Part shown: piece after piece, positions 1 to 9,531 of the stretch
Numbering within the stretch: position 1 is the stretch's first letter
Layout: every line of letters starts with the position of its first letter
Assembly (NCBI GenBank): GCA_038523235.1
Contig: JBCBJQ010000056.1
Span: forward strand, 1-37,582
Source of the DNA: Cyanobacteria bacterium J06626_4
GTDB lineage: Bacteria > Cyanobacteriota > Cyanobacteriia > Phormidesmidales > Phormidesmidaceae
Direction: 5' to 3'
DNA length: 37,582 nucleotides
Program-made: the position numbers and the translations under genes
The notes under the pieces: model-generated
Seen by the model: the letters and a program-made list of their open reading frames with translations, nothing else
What the model was told of the DNA's origin: nothing
Databases searched by the model: none

Positions 1-70
1 GGTTGTGAAACATATCTGCGGCGAAGATACTTTGGGGGTTGCCCCACGGGAAATTAGCTCGGTGCCAGGT
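1..70 (+). rRNA. rrf: 5S rRNA, 3' portion (truncated by the window start)
   Basis: GTTGTGAAACAT..CTGCGGC..GATA...TAGCTCGGTGCCAGGT matches the 3' half of cyanobacterial 5S rRNA and is followed by a hairpin. Confidence 0.95.
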
Positions 71-83
71 CGCTATTCACATC

Positions 84-128
84 TCCCCTCGTGTCTCAAT
101 TCAACAAGACGTGAGGGGGGATTGCTTT
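84..128 (+). terminator. rRNA operon terminator hairpin
   Basis: CCCCTCGTGTCT pairs with AGACGTGAGGGG (two G-U pairs), followed by ATTGCTTT, immediately after 5S. Confidence 0.75.
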
Positions 129-357
129 AAAAACTATTGATTATTGCTGAGATGAATCTTGTCAGTCAGGATAACTAATCCCGCATTTTTATCGTTCTTC
201 CAGTGCTCTTAGATAAATCTGAGAATCGGGTTTGCCACGATACAATGCTTTGAAGATACTTGGTTTCTCATTCTTAGTTGAAATTACTAAATGTTGAAAA
301 TCTCATAGGTAGCAAACTTTAGCTTCTATGTTACTCTTGCGGGTTTGAAGTTTTGCT

Positions 358-642
358 TTGGCTGGTAGTGACGAAGGTGAATGTCCTTTGTGTTGACGTT
401 GGGTGTTACTGACGTTTTATCATTTTATTCCCAAAAAAGCTGCACCGTCATTTCTCTTCAAGAAAGCTTATGCAAGGCCAGAGCTGAATGCACGAATTTG
501 GATATGCTGCCTGTGCCACGATGGGATTTATGATCACTATGACGAAGTGGTACTGGTGCAAAAGTTTCGAATACTGGAAAGTATTCGAACATATAACAAC
601 ATCAGAAAGCATTCTGAATAGGTGGCGAAGCAAAAAGTTTGA
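358..642 (+). pseudogene. Decayed small HNH/zinc-binding endonuclease-like gene (YisB-like)
   Basis: One frame reads ECPLC*RWVLLTFYHFIPKK...ICCLCHDGIYDHYDE...RKHSE*VAKQKV*. This fits the CxxC..LTxHHLIP..CxxCHxxIH..WVxKQK pattern, with in-frame stops at 394-396 and 619-621. Confidence 0.7.
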
Positions 643-716
643 CTTAAGATATTGGCGATGGTGACTGATGCGATCTTCTGATTTACACTAGACTGCAAGT
701 GGTCTAGCAAATATCT

Positions 717-1520
717 ATGGTGCGGTCACCTCGACAAACTTCTCCGATTACAGTGCTGGTGACGCGCGCAGCAGCGCACTCGAGCCAGTTCGCCGAACTG
801 CTGCTAGCAGTCGGAATGGAAGTTATCGAGATGCCAGCACTGGAAATCTGCCCCCCCTCTAGTTGGCAGCCTTTAGATGAAGCCATCTGTCACCTCAAGC
901 ATTATGATTGGCTGGTTTTGACCTCTGCGAATGCGGTTGCTTTTTTCTTTGAAAGATTTGAGGAAATAGGACATCGAGCAGATTTAGGAGCTTTAAAATT
1001 AGCCGTTGTCGGGAAGAAGACAGCTACTGTACTCAAATCCCACAATCTGAAACCGGACTTTGTGCCGTCTAATTTCGTCGCGGATGCGCTGGCAACAGAT
1101 TTTCCGGAGCCGGTCGCTGGGCAGAAATTTTTATTCCCACGGGTAGAAAATGGGGGGCGCGAAATTTTAGTGCAGTTGATGGTGGCGGCAGGTGCAACCG
1201 TGACTGAGGTGCCTGCTTATGAGTCGAGATGTCCTAAAGAGCTAGATATGACAGTGATCGCCGCTTTACAGACTCAATGTATCGATGTCATCACGTTTGC
1301 CAGTTCTAAAACCGTGCGTCATGCGTGTCAATTATTTGAGCAAGGTTTAGGAACTGACTGGTTGCGGTGTTTAGACAATGTTGCTGTCGCTTCTATTGGA
1401 CCCAAGACTTCAGAAACTTGCCGTCAACTGTTGGGGCGAGTAGATATTGAAGCTACAGAATACACTTTGGATGGTCTCACGCAGGCAATGGAACGATGGG
1501 CCAGCGCATCATTGGCTTGA
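717..1520 (+). CDS. hemD: Uroporphyrinogen-III synthase
   Basis: Motifs VLVTRA, LTSANAV, AVVGKKTA, VPAYES, ITFASSKTV and ASIGPKTS. Confidence 0.93.
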   Translation: MVRSPRQTSPITVLVTRAAAHSSQFAELLLAVGMEVIEMPALEICPPSSWQPLDEAICHLKHYDWLVLTSANAVAFFFERFEEIGHRADLGALKLAVVGKKTATVLKSHNLKPDFVPSNFVADALATDFPEPVAGQKFLFPRVENGGREILVQLMVAAGATVTEVPAYESRCPKELDMTVIAALQTQCIDVITFASSKTVRHACQLFEQGLGTDWLRCLDNVAVASIGPKTSETCRQLLGRVDIEATEYTLDGLTQAMERWASASLA

Positions 1521-2086
1521 CTGGAGGTATCGCTACAGGGAAGTCAACCGTTTCAGACTATTTAGCTGAACACTATCAGCTTCCTATATTGGATGCTGAT
1601 GTTTACGCACGTCAGGCCGTTGAGTTCGGGACAAAGGCGTTGGTGGCGATCGCTCAGCGATACGGTGATGAGGTGTTGAATGCTCATGGTACTCTCAACC
1701 GCTCACATCTGGCTCAGGTGATCTTTCAAGATCCTGTTGAGAAGATATGGGTTGAACAGCAAATTCATCCGTTTGTGCAGCAGCGGTTTGCTGAAGAGAT
1801 GCAGCTTCTGCCATCTGCGCCTACAGTTGTACAGTCGATCCCGCTTTTGTTTGAGGCTAATTTTGTTGTTCAGGTGACTGAAATTTGGGTTGTGATGGCT
1901 TCTGAAAATATCCAATTAGCTCGATTAATCAAGCGCAATGCCCTTTCAGAAGCGGCGGCGCGAGCCAGAATTAATAGCCAGTGGCCGTTGTCAGCCAAGG
2001 TCGCTGAAGCCGATATTGTGTTAGATAATAATGGAACTATGACTGCACTTTACGCGCAAGTTGATCAAGCATTATCAACTTCGTGA
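1496..2086 (+). CDS. coaE: Dephospho-CoA kinase
   Basis: IIGLTGGIATGKSTV P-loop, DADVYARQ, IPLLFE and ARINSQWP. Confidence 0.96.
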   Translation: MGQRIIGLTGGIATGKSTVSDYLAEHYQLPILDADVYARQAVEFGTKALVAIAQRYGDEVLNAHGTLNRSHLAQVIFQDPVEKIWVEQQIHPFVQQRFAEEMQLLPSAPTVVQSIPLLFEANFVVQVTEIWVVMASENIQLARLIKRNALSEAAARARINSQWPLSAKVAEADIVLDNNGTMTALYAQVDQALSTS

Positions 2087-2550
2087 GCTGTAATCGCGCC
2101 GATAGTGCCTTGAACAACAATTTGATAAGTGGTTGGCGAGATCATCAGCATGTGTCCTCGTTTACCAGCAGAGACCGCAATCGTATCGAATTGAGTTGCG
2201 GAAATATCAATGAATACAGGGTAGGGCTTTTTACAGCCAATCGCTGTGACGCCGCCGCGAATATAACCTGTGAGGGGTTGGACTTCTTTGAGGGAGACGG
2301 TCTCTACTTTCTTGTTGTCTGACATTTTTGCCAGGGCTCGCAGATCAAGTATGGCGTTGGCAGGAATGACGGCTAGACAAATTCCGGAGCGATCGCCGCG
2401 GGCGACCAAGGTTTTAAAGACTTGTTGGTGGGGGAGGCCGAGTTTTTCCGCCGCTCGTTCGGCTGTCAGATCGCTGGGGTTAACCTCGTAATTCAGAAGC
2501 TCGTAGGGAATGCCCTGCTGTTCAAGAATTCGGGCGGCATTCGTTTTCAT
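2065..2550 (-). CDS. ybaK: Cys-tRNA(Pro) deacylase
   Basis: MKTNAARIL, QVFKTL, TGYIRGGVTAIG and VSAGKRG. Confidence 0.95.
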   Translation of the reverse strand: MKTNAARILEQQGIPYELLNYEVNPSDLTAERAAEKLGLPHQQVFKTLVARGDRSGICLAVIPANAILDLRALAKMSDNKKVETVSLKEVQPLTGYIRGGVTAIGCKKPYPVFIDISATQFDTIAVSAGKRGHMLMISPTTYQIVVQGTIGAITAHEVDNA

Positions 2551-2858
2551 AGGAATGCGAACTGGTGCTGAAGGATGGTTGAGTAAAGCACGATAGCGAC
2601 CTCTTAATTGGAGAGATAACGACAGTGATGGGTCTAGTAACGGTCGCTGGACTTTGGCATGAGCCTCTTATCATGGCCAAAGATTGATTATCCGAACTAT
2701 ATGCGGATCGATGGCTTACTGATGAGATTAACAAAATTTTGCCCGTTGAGCGGTTTCCGGTCGTTGTCTATGATGTGTGCTGATTCGGTCTATCGTGCTC
2801 TCTCATCGCTCGTGGCAGGCTGATTTTGCAATTAATGGCATTGAGCCGGCCTGCAGAG

Positions 2859-3923
2859 TTATCCAGGTTCGCTCGGAGTTGTCGGCAATAAGTATTGATC
2901 TGCTAAGACTGCCCGAGTGTTTTGTAGCCTGGGTGAAGTGGGCGCATCATAGACCACCAAGACTTCTTCAGCACTGGGTTTGAGCAGAGTGAGCCCCTCG
3001 GCACGATCGCCCCCTCGAGTCTCAGGCAGTTCGAGAACGAGGGAGGGATGATGTAAGGGAGCATCAGATTTTAGAGCCGCAAAAGGAATAGAGAATATTT
3101 GTAGCGGGCCGTCTAATGTCATCGTTGGGCCTGCGAGAACAAGCAGTGTATTGCCCCAAGGGCATAAATCGCGAATGCCTAAGCCGTTCAAATTGAGAAA
3201 ATGACGGAGATAAGGTTGTTTTTTGTCCCCAATTTTCTGCAGTTTGAGAATGCCGGGCTTATCTTCGGTGAGTTGCAGTTCTAGCAAAACGGTCCAGCCT
3301 CGCAGTACAGGCCCCCGTAGACCCACCAGCAGGCGATCACCGTTTAAGGCTAACCCTTCAATATCAAATCCATTGTCTTTGCCTGGAATATTCGCCTTGA
3401 GAAAATCCCCGAGATAGCGATCGCGCTCTAGCTCCTTGGTTAACTCATTACCAGTTTTGCGACGCTGGAGTTGGGCGGCGGTCAAGGTAATGTCGGGATC
3501 TTTGGGATGGCTGCAGAAAGGATAAAGCTGACCGTTAACCAGCGGAATCCGCCCGAGCGTGTAGCGATTTGCTTGACGTTCGACCTTGCGAAGACGCTTG
3601 AGGTTGTCTGCTGGTGTTTTCTCTGGCTTGTAGGATTTTCGCTTCAGACTATGAGAACCGATAAACCAGAGATAATAATCGCTGTAGGCAATGCCCTCAA
3701 TGTCGATTTCTTCGTCGCTAGAGCTTGGTAAGTCTAAATAGTCCGCGATCGCAAAATGATGATGGTCGTCAGCGTGATCGCCGCGATAGGTCAAACGTTC
3801 TAAGGTCGCTGTTTCATCGCAACCCAGCCATAGATGAGACTCAATCTGACGAATAGCTGAGAGTGAGGTTCGAATCTCATCAGCCCGGGTCTCAAATTGC
3901 AAAAGGCAGGTTGTTTGACTCAT
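2859..3923 (-). CDS. DUF3616-type beta-propeller protein
   Basis: EIDIEG, YLWFIGSHS, IPGKDNGFDIEGLA, GLRGPVLRGW and GLGIRDL. The ATG at 3923 is preferred over the TTG at 3947. Confidence 0.8.
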   Translation of the reverse strand: MSQTTCLLQFETRADEIRTSLSAIRQIESHLWLGCDETATLERLTYRGDHADDHHHFAIADYLDLPSSSDEEIDIEGIAYSDYYLWFIGSHSLKRKSYKPEKTPADNLKRLRKVERQANRYTLGRIPLVNGQLYPFCSHPKDPDITLTAAQLQRRKTGNELTKELERDRYLGDFLKANIPGKDNGFDIEGLALNGDRLLVGLRGPVLRGWTVLLELQLTEDKPGILKLQKIGDKKQPYLRHFLNLNGLGIRDLCPWGNTLLVLAGPTMTLDGPLQIFSIPFAALKSDAPLHHPSLVLELPETRGGDRAEGLTLLKPSAEEVLVVYDAPTSPRLQNTRAVLADQYLLPTTPSEPG

Positions 3924-3956
3924 AGCCGCAACGAAACATCTGCCCAAAGACTACAT

Positions 3957-3988
3957 GCAAAACAGCCGCAGCAAACCGCTACGGCTGT
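3957..3988 (-). terminator. Rho-independent terminator of psb34
   Basis: Minus strand reads ACAGCCGTAGC-GGTTT-GCTGCGGCTGT-TTTG, about 30 nt after the psb34 stop. Confidence 0.75.
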
Positions 3989-4020
3989 AAAAGAGTGTTG
4001 AGCTGTCGTGCGACAAAAAG

Positions 4021-4191
4021 CTAGGAAACTACAAAGGCAATTGAGAAAACACCCACTACGAGGCTGACGGCAAACGCTCCTAGGATAATGTAGTTGCGCT
4101 TTTCGTTGGCGCTGGGAGGCTCTGCCTCATACATCTTAGGCTCTACAGCGAAGTTATTAAGCCGACCACCATCTTCAACGGTATAGCGCAT
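4021..4191 (-). CDS. psb34: Photosystem II assembly factor Psb34 (Ssl1498 family), 56 aa; absent from the ORF track
   Basis: Translated by hand: MRYTVEDGGRLNNFAVEPKMYEAEPPSANEKRNYIILGAFAVSLVVGVFSIAFVVS*. It has the LNNFAxEPKMY signature, one C-terminal TM helix and an upstream GAAGG RBS. Confidence 0.92.
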   Translation of the reverse strand: MRYTVEDGGRLNNFAVEPKMYEAEPPSANEKRNYIILGAFAVSLVVGVFSIAFVVS

Positions 4192-4321
4192 ATCAAAATT
4201 ACCTTCTTGAATATTTCCATCGTCTTAACATTAACAGAAAATCGAGGTTTATCTACACACTTCTTAACATTTTTCAGATTTCATCAAGCTTTCTTGGAAG
4301 AAAAAGGCGTTGTTGATAGCG

Positions 4322-6466
4322 TTACGGCTGCAAATGCTCTCTGAAAAAATCGACCTGAAGCTGGGCCGCAATGCGCTGTAGGCCAATGTCGAAGATGCTG
4401 TGACCGACGCCTTCAAACTCGTACATCATGGTGGGAATATCGTTTTGCTCAATGACATCATGAAAGTTGCGAGCCATATCAACCTGCAAAAAGTCGTTAG
4501 AGCCATGAAAGATTAGCGTGGCGGCGGTGACGTCTCCGGCACTGTAAAGCGGCGAGAGTTGGCGATAGCGTTCTGGTGCTTCCATCGGGGTCAGCCCGGT
4601 CAAATAAGACAGGAGGGAAGAATAGCCGAGCTGCCATTCGGTAAAGGCATCTAACAAAGAGCATTGGGGGTTGGCGGCAGCAAAGACATCGGGAAACTGG
4701 GTGATGGTCTGAGCGGCGAAGTAGCCCCCGTAGGAACAGCCACTGATACCCAATTGGTTAGGCCGAGCCCACCCTTCCCCGACTAGCTGGGCGGCGATTT
4801 CAACGCCTTCGATAATGTCTACTTGGCCGAAGTTATTGTCATTGGCCTGGAGGCGATAGAACTCGGCGCCAAAGCCCTCTCGGCCGGCAAGCGGTACAGA
4901 CAGAACGGCAATGCCGAAGTTAGGCAGGAGGTTAAAGGGCATTTCGACTTCGATCGCGAATTCATTCACCATCGAAAAGCCCGGCCCCCCCTGCTGCCAA
5001 AAGACAATCGGACTGTCGACGGGAGGGAACGCTGCACCTGCCGGTTGAATCAACACGCCCTCCCGGGGGCCGCTGCTAGTGGCAAAACTGACGGGATGAG
5101 ATTGCACCGCGTTGATCGCGGTCACTTCAGCATTGATATCCGTCAGTTGAGTGGGGGGCGCGCTCCCATCTAAGGGCATTGAGAATAATTCAGAGGGCTG
5201 AGTGACTGAGGAAAAGGCAAAAATTAGCGCCTCGTCAACATTCGAGACTTGCCAAGAATCAAGCCCAACGCTGCCCTCTGGCAGTGGTAAGCGATTAAAC
5301 GTCTCCGAGCCCATCTCGTAGGTATAGAAGTGGCGGTTGGTGCCGACTGTCGCGTTAAAAACGAGCGTGTCTTCGTCGACAAATTCGGCGGCGCTTTCCA
5401 GGGGGCCATCTAAAATTTGATCTTCTATCGTGTCGATGAGGTTGCCCTGCAGGTCAAAGACTTGATAGTACGATCGCTGCGGATACAGATAGGTCGGAAA
5501 TTCTCGACCCCCCAGGGTACTGGGTTCTAAGTACTTAATGACGACGTGCTCGCCGCCGGGGCTTATGCTTGCAGCCGCCAGCAGGTGCGCTTGATCGTTC
5601 ATCGCATCAAGCTCTAACACAAGGGGCTCGGTTTGGGTGAGGTCATAGACTTTGACCGTGTTTTCCTGCAAGAACAGATTGTCTTTGGGGGGCGTGCGAC
5701 CCAGAGCATCTTGATTGACCGGATCAGCGAGGGTCGGGCTGAAGGGAGTGCGTTCATACAGGTCGCGTTCTTCGATGGAAGAGGTAACGAAGACGACCTG
5801 CTGCCCGCTGTCGGACCAAGACGGTGGTTGCAGGTCTAAATCTGAGGGCAAACGACCGACTTCAATCCGATCGAGCGATCGCAGAGAAACCAGATAGATA
5901 ACATCTTCCGCTTCTTCATAGACGCGCAGGGCAAATCGAGAAAAGTCGGGAGCGGCCCCGAGAATTTCTCCTGCCTCATCTTCGGTGGGATATACCGTAG
6001 TGCGGGAGACAATGCCGGTATTGCGATTGAGGGAAACCACCTCCCAAGGGCCTAAAAACCCTTCTTGAACAAAGCGAATGGTTTGATTATCGACCCATTG
6101 AATCGGTAGAGTTGGCCCAAAGACTTCATACTCCAGCGCTAGGGAGTCGATGAGTTCGCCTGTGTTTAGATCGAGAAATTTCACTTGCCAATCACTTTGG
6201 CTAAGGCGATCAACCGTGGCGACGACTAAGGTCGATCGGTCAGGGCTGATATCACTGAGAACGATGGGAAAGCGGGCCGACTGCAGCGTGTCTAACTTGA
6301 CGAGTTCGTCATCGGAAAGGGTGGGCAGATCGGTCTCGTCGAACCCAATATTGATGATTTCTGCGGTAGCTGGGAAAGCAGTTATCAGGAGCGTTGTCGT
6401 AAAACCGATGAGACCTGGCAGAGAAGGTACGCCAAAGGGCAACCAGTTCGGTTTGAAAAAAGTCAT
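4322..6466 (-). CDS. Secreted S9 (prolyl oligopeptidase-family) serine peptidase
   Basis: N-terminal signal-like segment (..AFPATA), propeller region, QGGPG, nucleophile GCSYGG, HGSNDF and GVGH. Confidence 0.88.
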   Translation of the reverse strand: MTFFKPNWLPFGVPSLPGLIGFTTTLLITAFPATAEIINIGFDETDLPTLSDDELVKLDTLQSARFPIVLSDISPDRSTLVVATVDRLSQSDWQVKFLDLNTGELIDSLALEYEVFGPTLPIQWVDNQTIRFVQEGFLGPWEVVSLNRNTGIVSRTTVYPTEDEAGEILGAAPDFSRFALRVYEEAEDVIYLVSLRSLDRIEVGRLPSDLDLQPPSWSDSGQQVVFVTSSIEERDLYERTPFSPTLADPVNQDALGRTPPKDNLFLQENTVKVYDLTQTEPLVLELDAMNDQAHLLAAASISPGGEHVVIKYLEPSTLGGREFPTYLYPQRSYYQVFDLQGNLIDTIEDQILDGPLESAAEFVDEDTLVFNATVGTNRHFYTYEMGSETFNRLPLPEGSVGLDSWQVSNVDEALIFAFSSVTQPSELFSMPLDGSAPPTQLTDINAEVTAINAVQSHPVSFATSSGPREGVLIQPAGAAFPPVDSPIVFWQQGGPGFSMVNEFAIEVEMPFNLLPNFGIAVLSVPLAGREGFGAEFYRLQANDNNFGQVDIIEGVEIAAQLVGEGWARPNQLGISGCSYGGYFAAQTITQFPDVFAAANPQCSLLDAFTEWQLGYSSLLSYLTGLTPMEAPERYRQLSPLYSAGDVTAATLIFHGSNDFLQVDMARNFHDVIEQNDIPTMMYEFEGVGHSIFDIGLQRIAAQLQVDFFREHLQP

Positions 6467-6803
6467 GGGCGATCGCAGCTAAAAACAAGCATCTACAACA
6501 GCAGCGTTACGGGATGCTAACTTCCCCGTTCTAGCCGATTTTGGTCAGATTGGGAAATTTCCACATATATCTTTTTGCGAAAGAGTTTGTTGATTGCATG
6601 CTCTACACCAGTGCCGTTCACCCCTTGAGAGTCCCAGAGCAGGGAGGGCGTCAATTGTCGGTGGAACTGTGAAGTAGCCTGTGCTGCGAAGCAATGTGAC
6701 GGGTCTCACTGCTCTGATGCTCGTTTTGAGATCTACCGTTCGGGGGGCACTGCCGGGTGAATTGTGGAGAAAGCGACTGTGACAGAGCGATTAGCCATGA
6801 ATC

Positions 6804-7922
6804 TCAGGCATTAATGGTGCCATCGGGCATGATCGTACCGCGCAGAATGGTGCTGGTGAGTTTGACCATGACGCGATCGCCGACAGCCACCTTAGCGCCG
6901 CTGAGATCGGCCCCACTCAGGTCGGCACCGCTGAGGTCAGCCCCAATGAGGTTAGCGCCCCGCAGGTTGGCATGGCTGAGATTAGCCTGCAGCAGGTTAG
7001 CGCGAAATAAGTTGGCGTTGGACAGATCGGCCCGATTGAGGTTAACGCCATGCAAAAAGGCATCTTGCAGATCAGCACCGGTTAAATCAGCACTGCTGAG
7101 ATTGCGTCCCGAAAAGTCTTTCTCTTTGAGGTTGGCCCCGCGTAGATTAGAGCCGCTGAGGTCAGGATTTTGTTGCCGAGTTCGCTGGGGGTGGTTAGAT
7201 GAGGTGGTTGCTTCTGACGCGGCCCGACCTTGGGCAGCGCTGGTGCGGCTATTGTTGACGGTGTAGCTCGGACCGCTAGCCCGGCTGGCATGGGCGGCAT
7301 TACCTGAGCCACTGGGGCGTGGAGTGGTGTAGTTGTTCCAACCGTCGTTGGTGCTGGAGTGAGCGGCACTATTGCCTGGCGTGTAGCTTCTGGGCGGAGA
7401 TTTCGGCGTGCTGTAGTTGGCAGAAGCAGAATTGCGGGTGTGATCTCTGGCTGTTGAACCGTTGCTGGAACCATTATGAGTAGCGCGATCGCCATTATCT
7501 GCACTGCGATAAGCGCCATAGGTGCCGTAGGCCGACTGGGCATAGCGCGACTGGTAAGCGCGATAGGGATTTTCGTACGCTGCTTTTGGCTGTGATTGCC
7601 CGGTTGATTGACCGTAGGCTGATTTTTGTCGGTAAGACGGGTTGGTATAGCTGCGACTGTGGGGGCGAGTGCGCGATCGGTAGCCGCTACCGTGAGTGCT
7701 TTGTGCGGTCGAGCCGACACGGGCATGGGTGCGGATATAGTCGCGCGCATGATTCAGCTGCTTGATTTTTTCCTGAGCTTTTTCGACGAGACGTAAATTG
7801 TCTTTGGGCAGCCGATCAGGATGCCAGATAAACACCAGATCTTTATAAGCCTGATTAACCTCTTCCATCGAGGCTCCAGGCTCTAAATCTAAGATGCGAT
7901 AGGCGTTATCGAGCTCTTGCAT
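6804..7922 (-). CDS. J-domain protein with a low-complexity linker and C-terminal pentapeptide repeats
   Basis: AYRILDL..AYKDLVFIWHPDR (HPD intact), then A(D/N)LxG repeats at the C-terminus. Confidence 0.9.
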   Translation of the reverse strand: MQELDNAYRILDLEPGASMEEVNQAYKDLVFIWHPDRLPKDNLRLVEKAQEKIKQLNHARDYIRTHARVGSTAQSTHGSGYRSRTRPHSRSYTNPSYRQKSAYGQSTGQSQPKAAYENPYRAYQSRYAQSAYGTYGAYRSADNGDRATHNGSSNGSTARDHTRNSASANYSTPKSPPRSYTPGNSAAHSSTNDGWNNYTTPRPSGSGNAAHASRASGPSYTVNNSRTSAAQGRAASEATTSSNHPQRTRQQNPDLSGSNLRGANLKEKDFSGRNLSSADLTGADLQDAFLHGVNLNRADLSNANLFRANLLQANLSHANLRGANLIGADLSGADLSGADLSGAKVAVGDRVMVKLTSTILRGTIMPDGTINA

Positions 7923-8218
7923 GAAGCTTCGCCGATGAGGTGCAAACTGCTATTAACGTACAGCTATTGAAATAGTTGAGAAGATAACAGTCTCTCTATT
8001 TTAATGGGCTTAAGCGCTACCCGCGAAACTGTAATGGTCTCAGACTAAGGGTGCAGACGGCAATCTGCGACTTTCTGCCTATTCGCTTAAGCATTCGTCA
8101 AAGAGTTTATGAATAGGATTTAACGATTGCCCCCCGGTTAGTGGCTAATTCATCCCGATCTAACGGCAACCGCATTCTAAGATACCTAGAGAGATGCGAT
8201 AGCCGCTGGGAGGACAGC

Positions 8219-9154
8219 ATGCGGATTTTGGTAATGGGGGGCACCCGGTTTATTGGGGTTTACCTGACGAAATTGCTGGTCAGTCAGGGGCACGAGGTAG
8301 TGCTGTTTAACCGGGGCAATAAGCCCGCACCGGTGGCGGGGGTAACGGTGATTCAGGGCGATCGCAAGGATGCTGTTGCGCTCAAGGCAAAGCTGGCGGG
8401 TGAACGCTTCGACGCCATTTTTGATAACAACGGTCGAGAGCTGAGCGATACTCAGCCTCTGGTAGAACTGTTTGGCGATCAGATACAGCATTTTATCTAT
8501 GTTAGTTCGGCGGGCGTGTATCTCAAGTCAGACGAGATGCCCCATGCAGAGGGCGACGCTGTTGATCCTAATAGCCGCCACAAAGGCAAGTTTGCCACCG
8601 AAGACTTTTTGGCGAGTCACAATATCCCATTTACTTCAGTGCGCCCGGTCTATATCTACGGACCGCAAAACTACAACGATGTGGAGGCGTGGTTTTTTGA
8701 ACGTGTTGTGCGCGATCGCCCCGTGCCGATTCCGGGAAATGGCATGGCGCTGACTCAGATGGGCCATGTCGCTGATTTGGCCGCCTCGATGGCGGCGGTA
8801 CTGGACAACGATCGGGCCAAGGGACAGATTTACAACATCTCAGGTGATAAGGCGGTGAGTTTTGATGGCTTGGCGCGGGCCTGTGCGATCGCGGCGGGCA
8901 AAGATCCGGCGACGCTGAAACTTGTGCATTACGATCCTAAGGCTTTTGACTTTGGTAAGCAGAAAGCCTTTCCCATGCGGGTACAACACTTTTTTACAAC
9001 GGTTGCCAAGGCCAAGGCAGAACTTAATTGGGCGCCTCAATTTGATCTGGTTGCGGGCCTGAAAGATTCATTCCAGAACGATTTCCTCGCGTCGGGACGT
9101 CACCAGGCCGAGCGTGAATTTCCGCTGGATGATGAAATTTTGGCGGCTAGCTGA
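8219..9154 (+). CDS. NAD-dependent epimerase/dehydratase, CSP41b-like RNA-binding protein
   Basis: MRILVMGGTRFIG, VSSAGVY, RPVYIYGP and KAFPMRVQHFF; GGAGGA RBS before ATG 8219. Confidence 0.88.
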   Translation: MRILVMGGTRFIGVYLTKLLVSQGHEVVLFNRGNKPAPVAGVTVIQGDRKDAVALKAKLAGERFDAIFDNNGRELSDTQPLVELFGDQIQHFIYVSSAGVYLKSDEMPHAEGDAVDPNSRHKGKFATEDFLASHNIPFTSVRPVYIYGPQNYNDVEAWFFERVVRDRPVPIPGNGMALTQMGHVADLAASMAAVLDNDRAKGQIYNISGDKAVSFDGLARACAIAAGKDPATLKLVHYDPKAFDFGKQKAFPMRVQHFFTTVAKAKAELNWAPQFDLVAGLKDSFQNDFLASGRHQAEREFPLDDEILAAS

Positions 9155-9190
9155 CGCGACTGCCCAGCCGTGATTGGCTGATATCAGCAA

Positions 9191-9223
9191 CAAGCGGCAG
9201 TCGATTAAACCGACTGCCGCTTG
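9191..9223. terminator. Likely bidirectional terminator between convergent genes
   Basis: Perfect 13-bp stem CAAGCGGCAGTCG / CGACTGCCGCTTG with a 7-nt loop. Confidence 0.75.
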
Positions 9224-9282
9224 AAGTTAAGCTGAGCTATTCAACTTGATGGCGGGTATGGCGATGCTCTGTCAACAAGGAC

Positions 9283-9468
9283 TTAGAGCTCGTGGGAATA
9301 TTTCGCCCCGCGATAGGTCAGCTCAACCTTGCCGTGCTCGTGATGAGGGATCTGAAAGGTCTTGCGAGTCAGACGAGCCCCCCGATAGACGCCAATCTCT
9401 TCGGTGGATTGTGCTGGGGTCGGCGCGAGATGAGCGTCGTAAGTATGGCCCCGATAGGATAGTTTCAT
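9283..9468 (-). CDS. DUF4278 small protein (61 aa)
   Basis: MKLSYRG..Y, GVYRGA and LTYRGAKY (triple YRG); GGAGA RBS before ATG 9468. Confidence 0.85.
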   Translation of the reverse strand: MKLSYRGHTYDAHLAPTPAQSTEEIGVYRGARLTRKTFQIPHHEHGKVELTYRGAKYSHEL

Positions 9469-9513
9469 GAGGTTTCTCCCAGAAATAGCGACTAACAAAA
9501 GTGTTGTCTAAAA

Positions 9514-9531
9514 CTGTAGTTGCTTATACAG
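9514..9531. promoter_or_regulatory. NtcA binding site
   Basis: CTGTA-GTTGCTTA-TACAG is a perfect TGTA-N8-TACA, about 45 nt upstream of the DUF4278 start. A minus-strand TACAAT -10 lies at 9543-9548. Confidence 0.7.

Noticed and set aside
1496..2086. hemD/coaE 25-nt overlap and coaE/ybaK 22-nt convergent overlap
   Set aside because: Short overlaps are ordinary in compact genomes.
6757..7266. 169-aa plus-strand ORF with LRSAP repeats
   Set aside because: Antisense shadow of the pentapeptide repeats.
7082..7750. 222-aa alternative-frame ORF inside the J-domain gene
   Set aside because: Overlaps a low-complexity GC-rich linker; no motif or RBS supports it.
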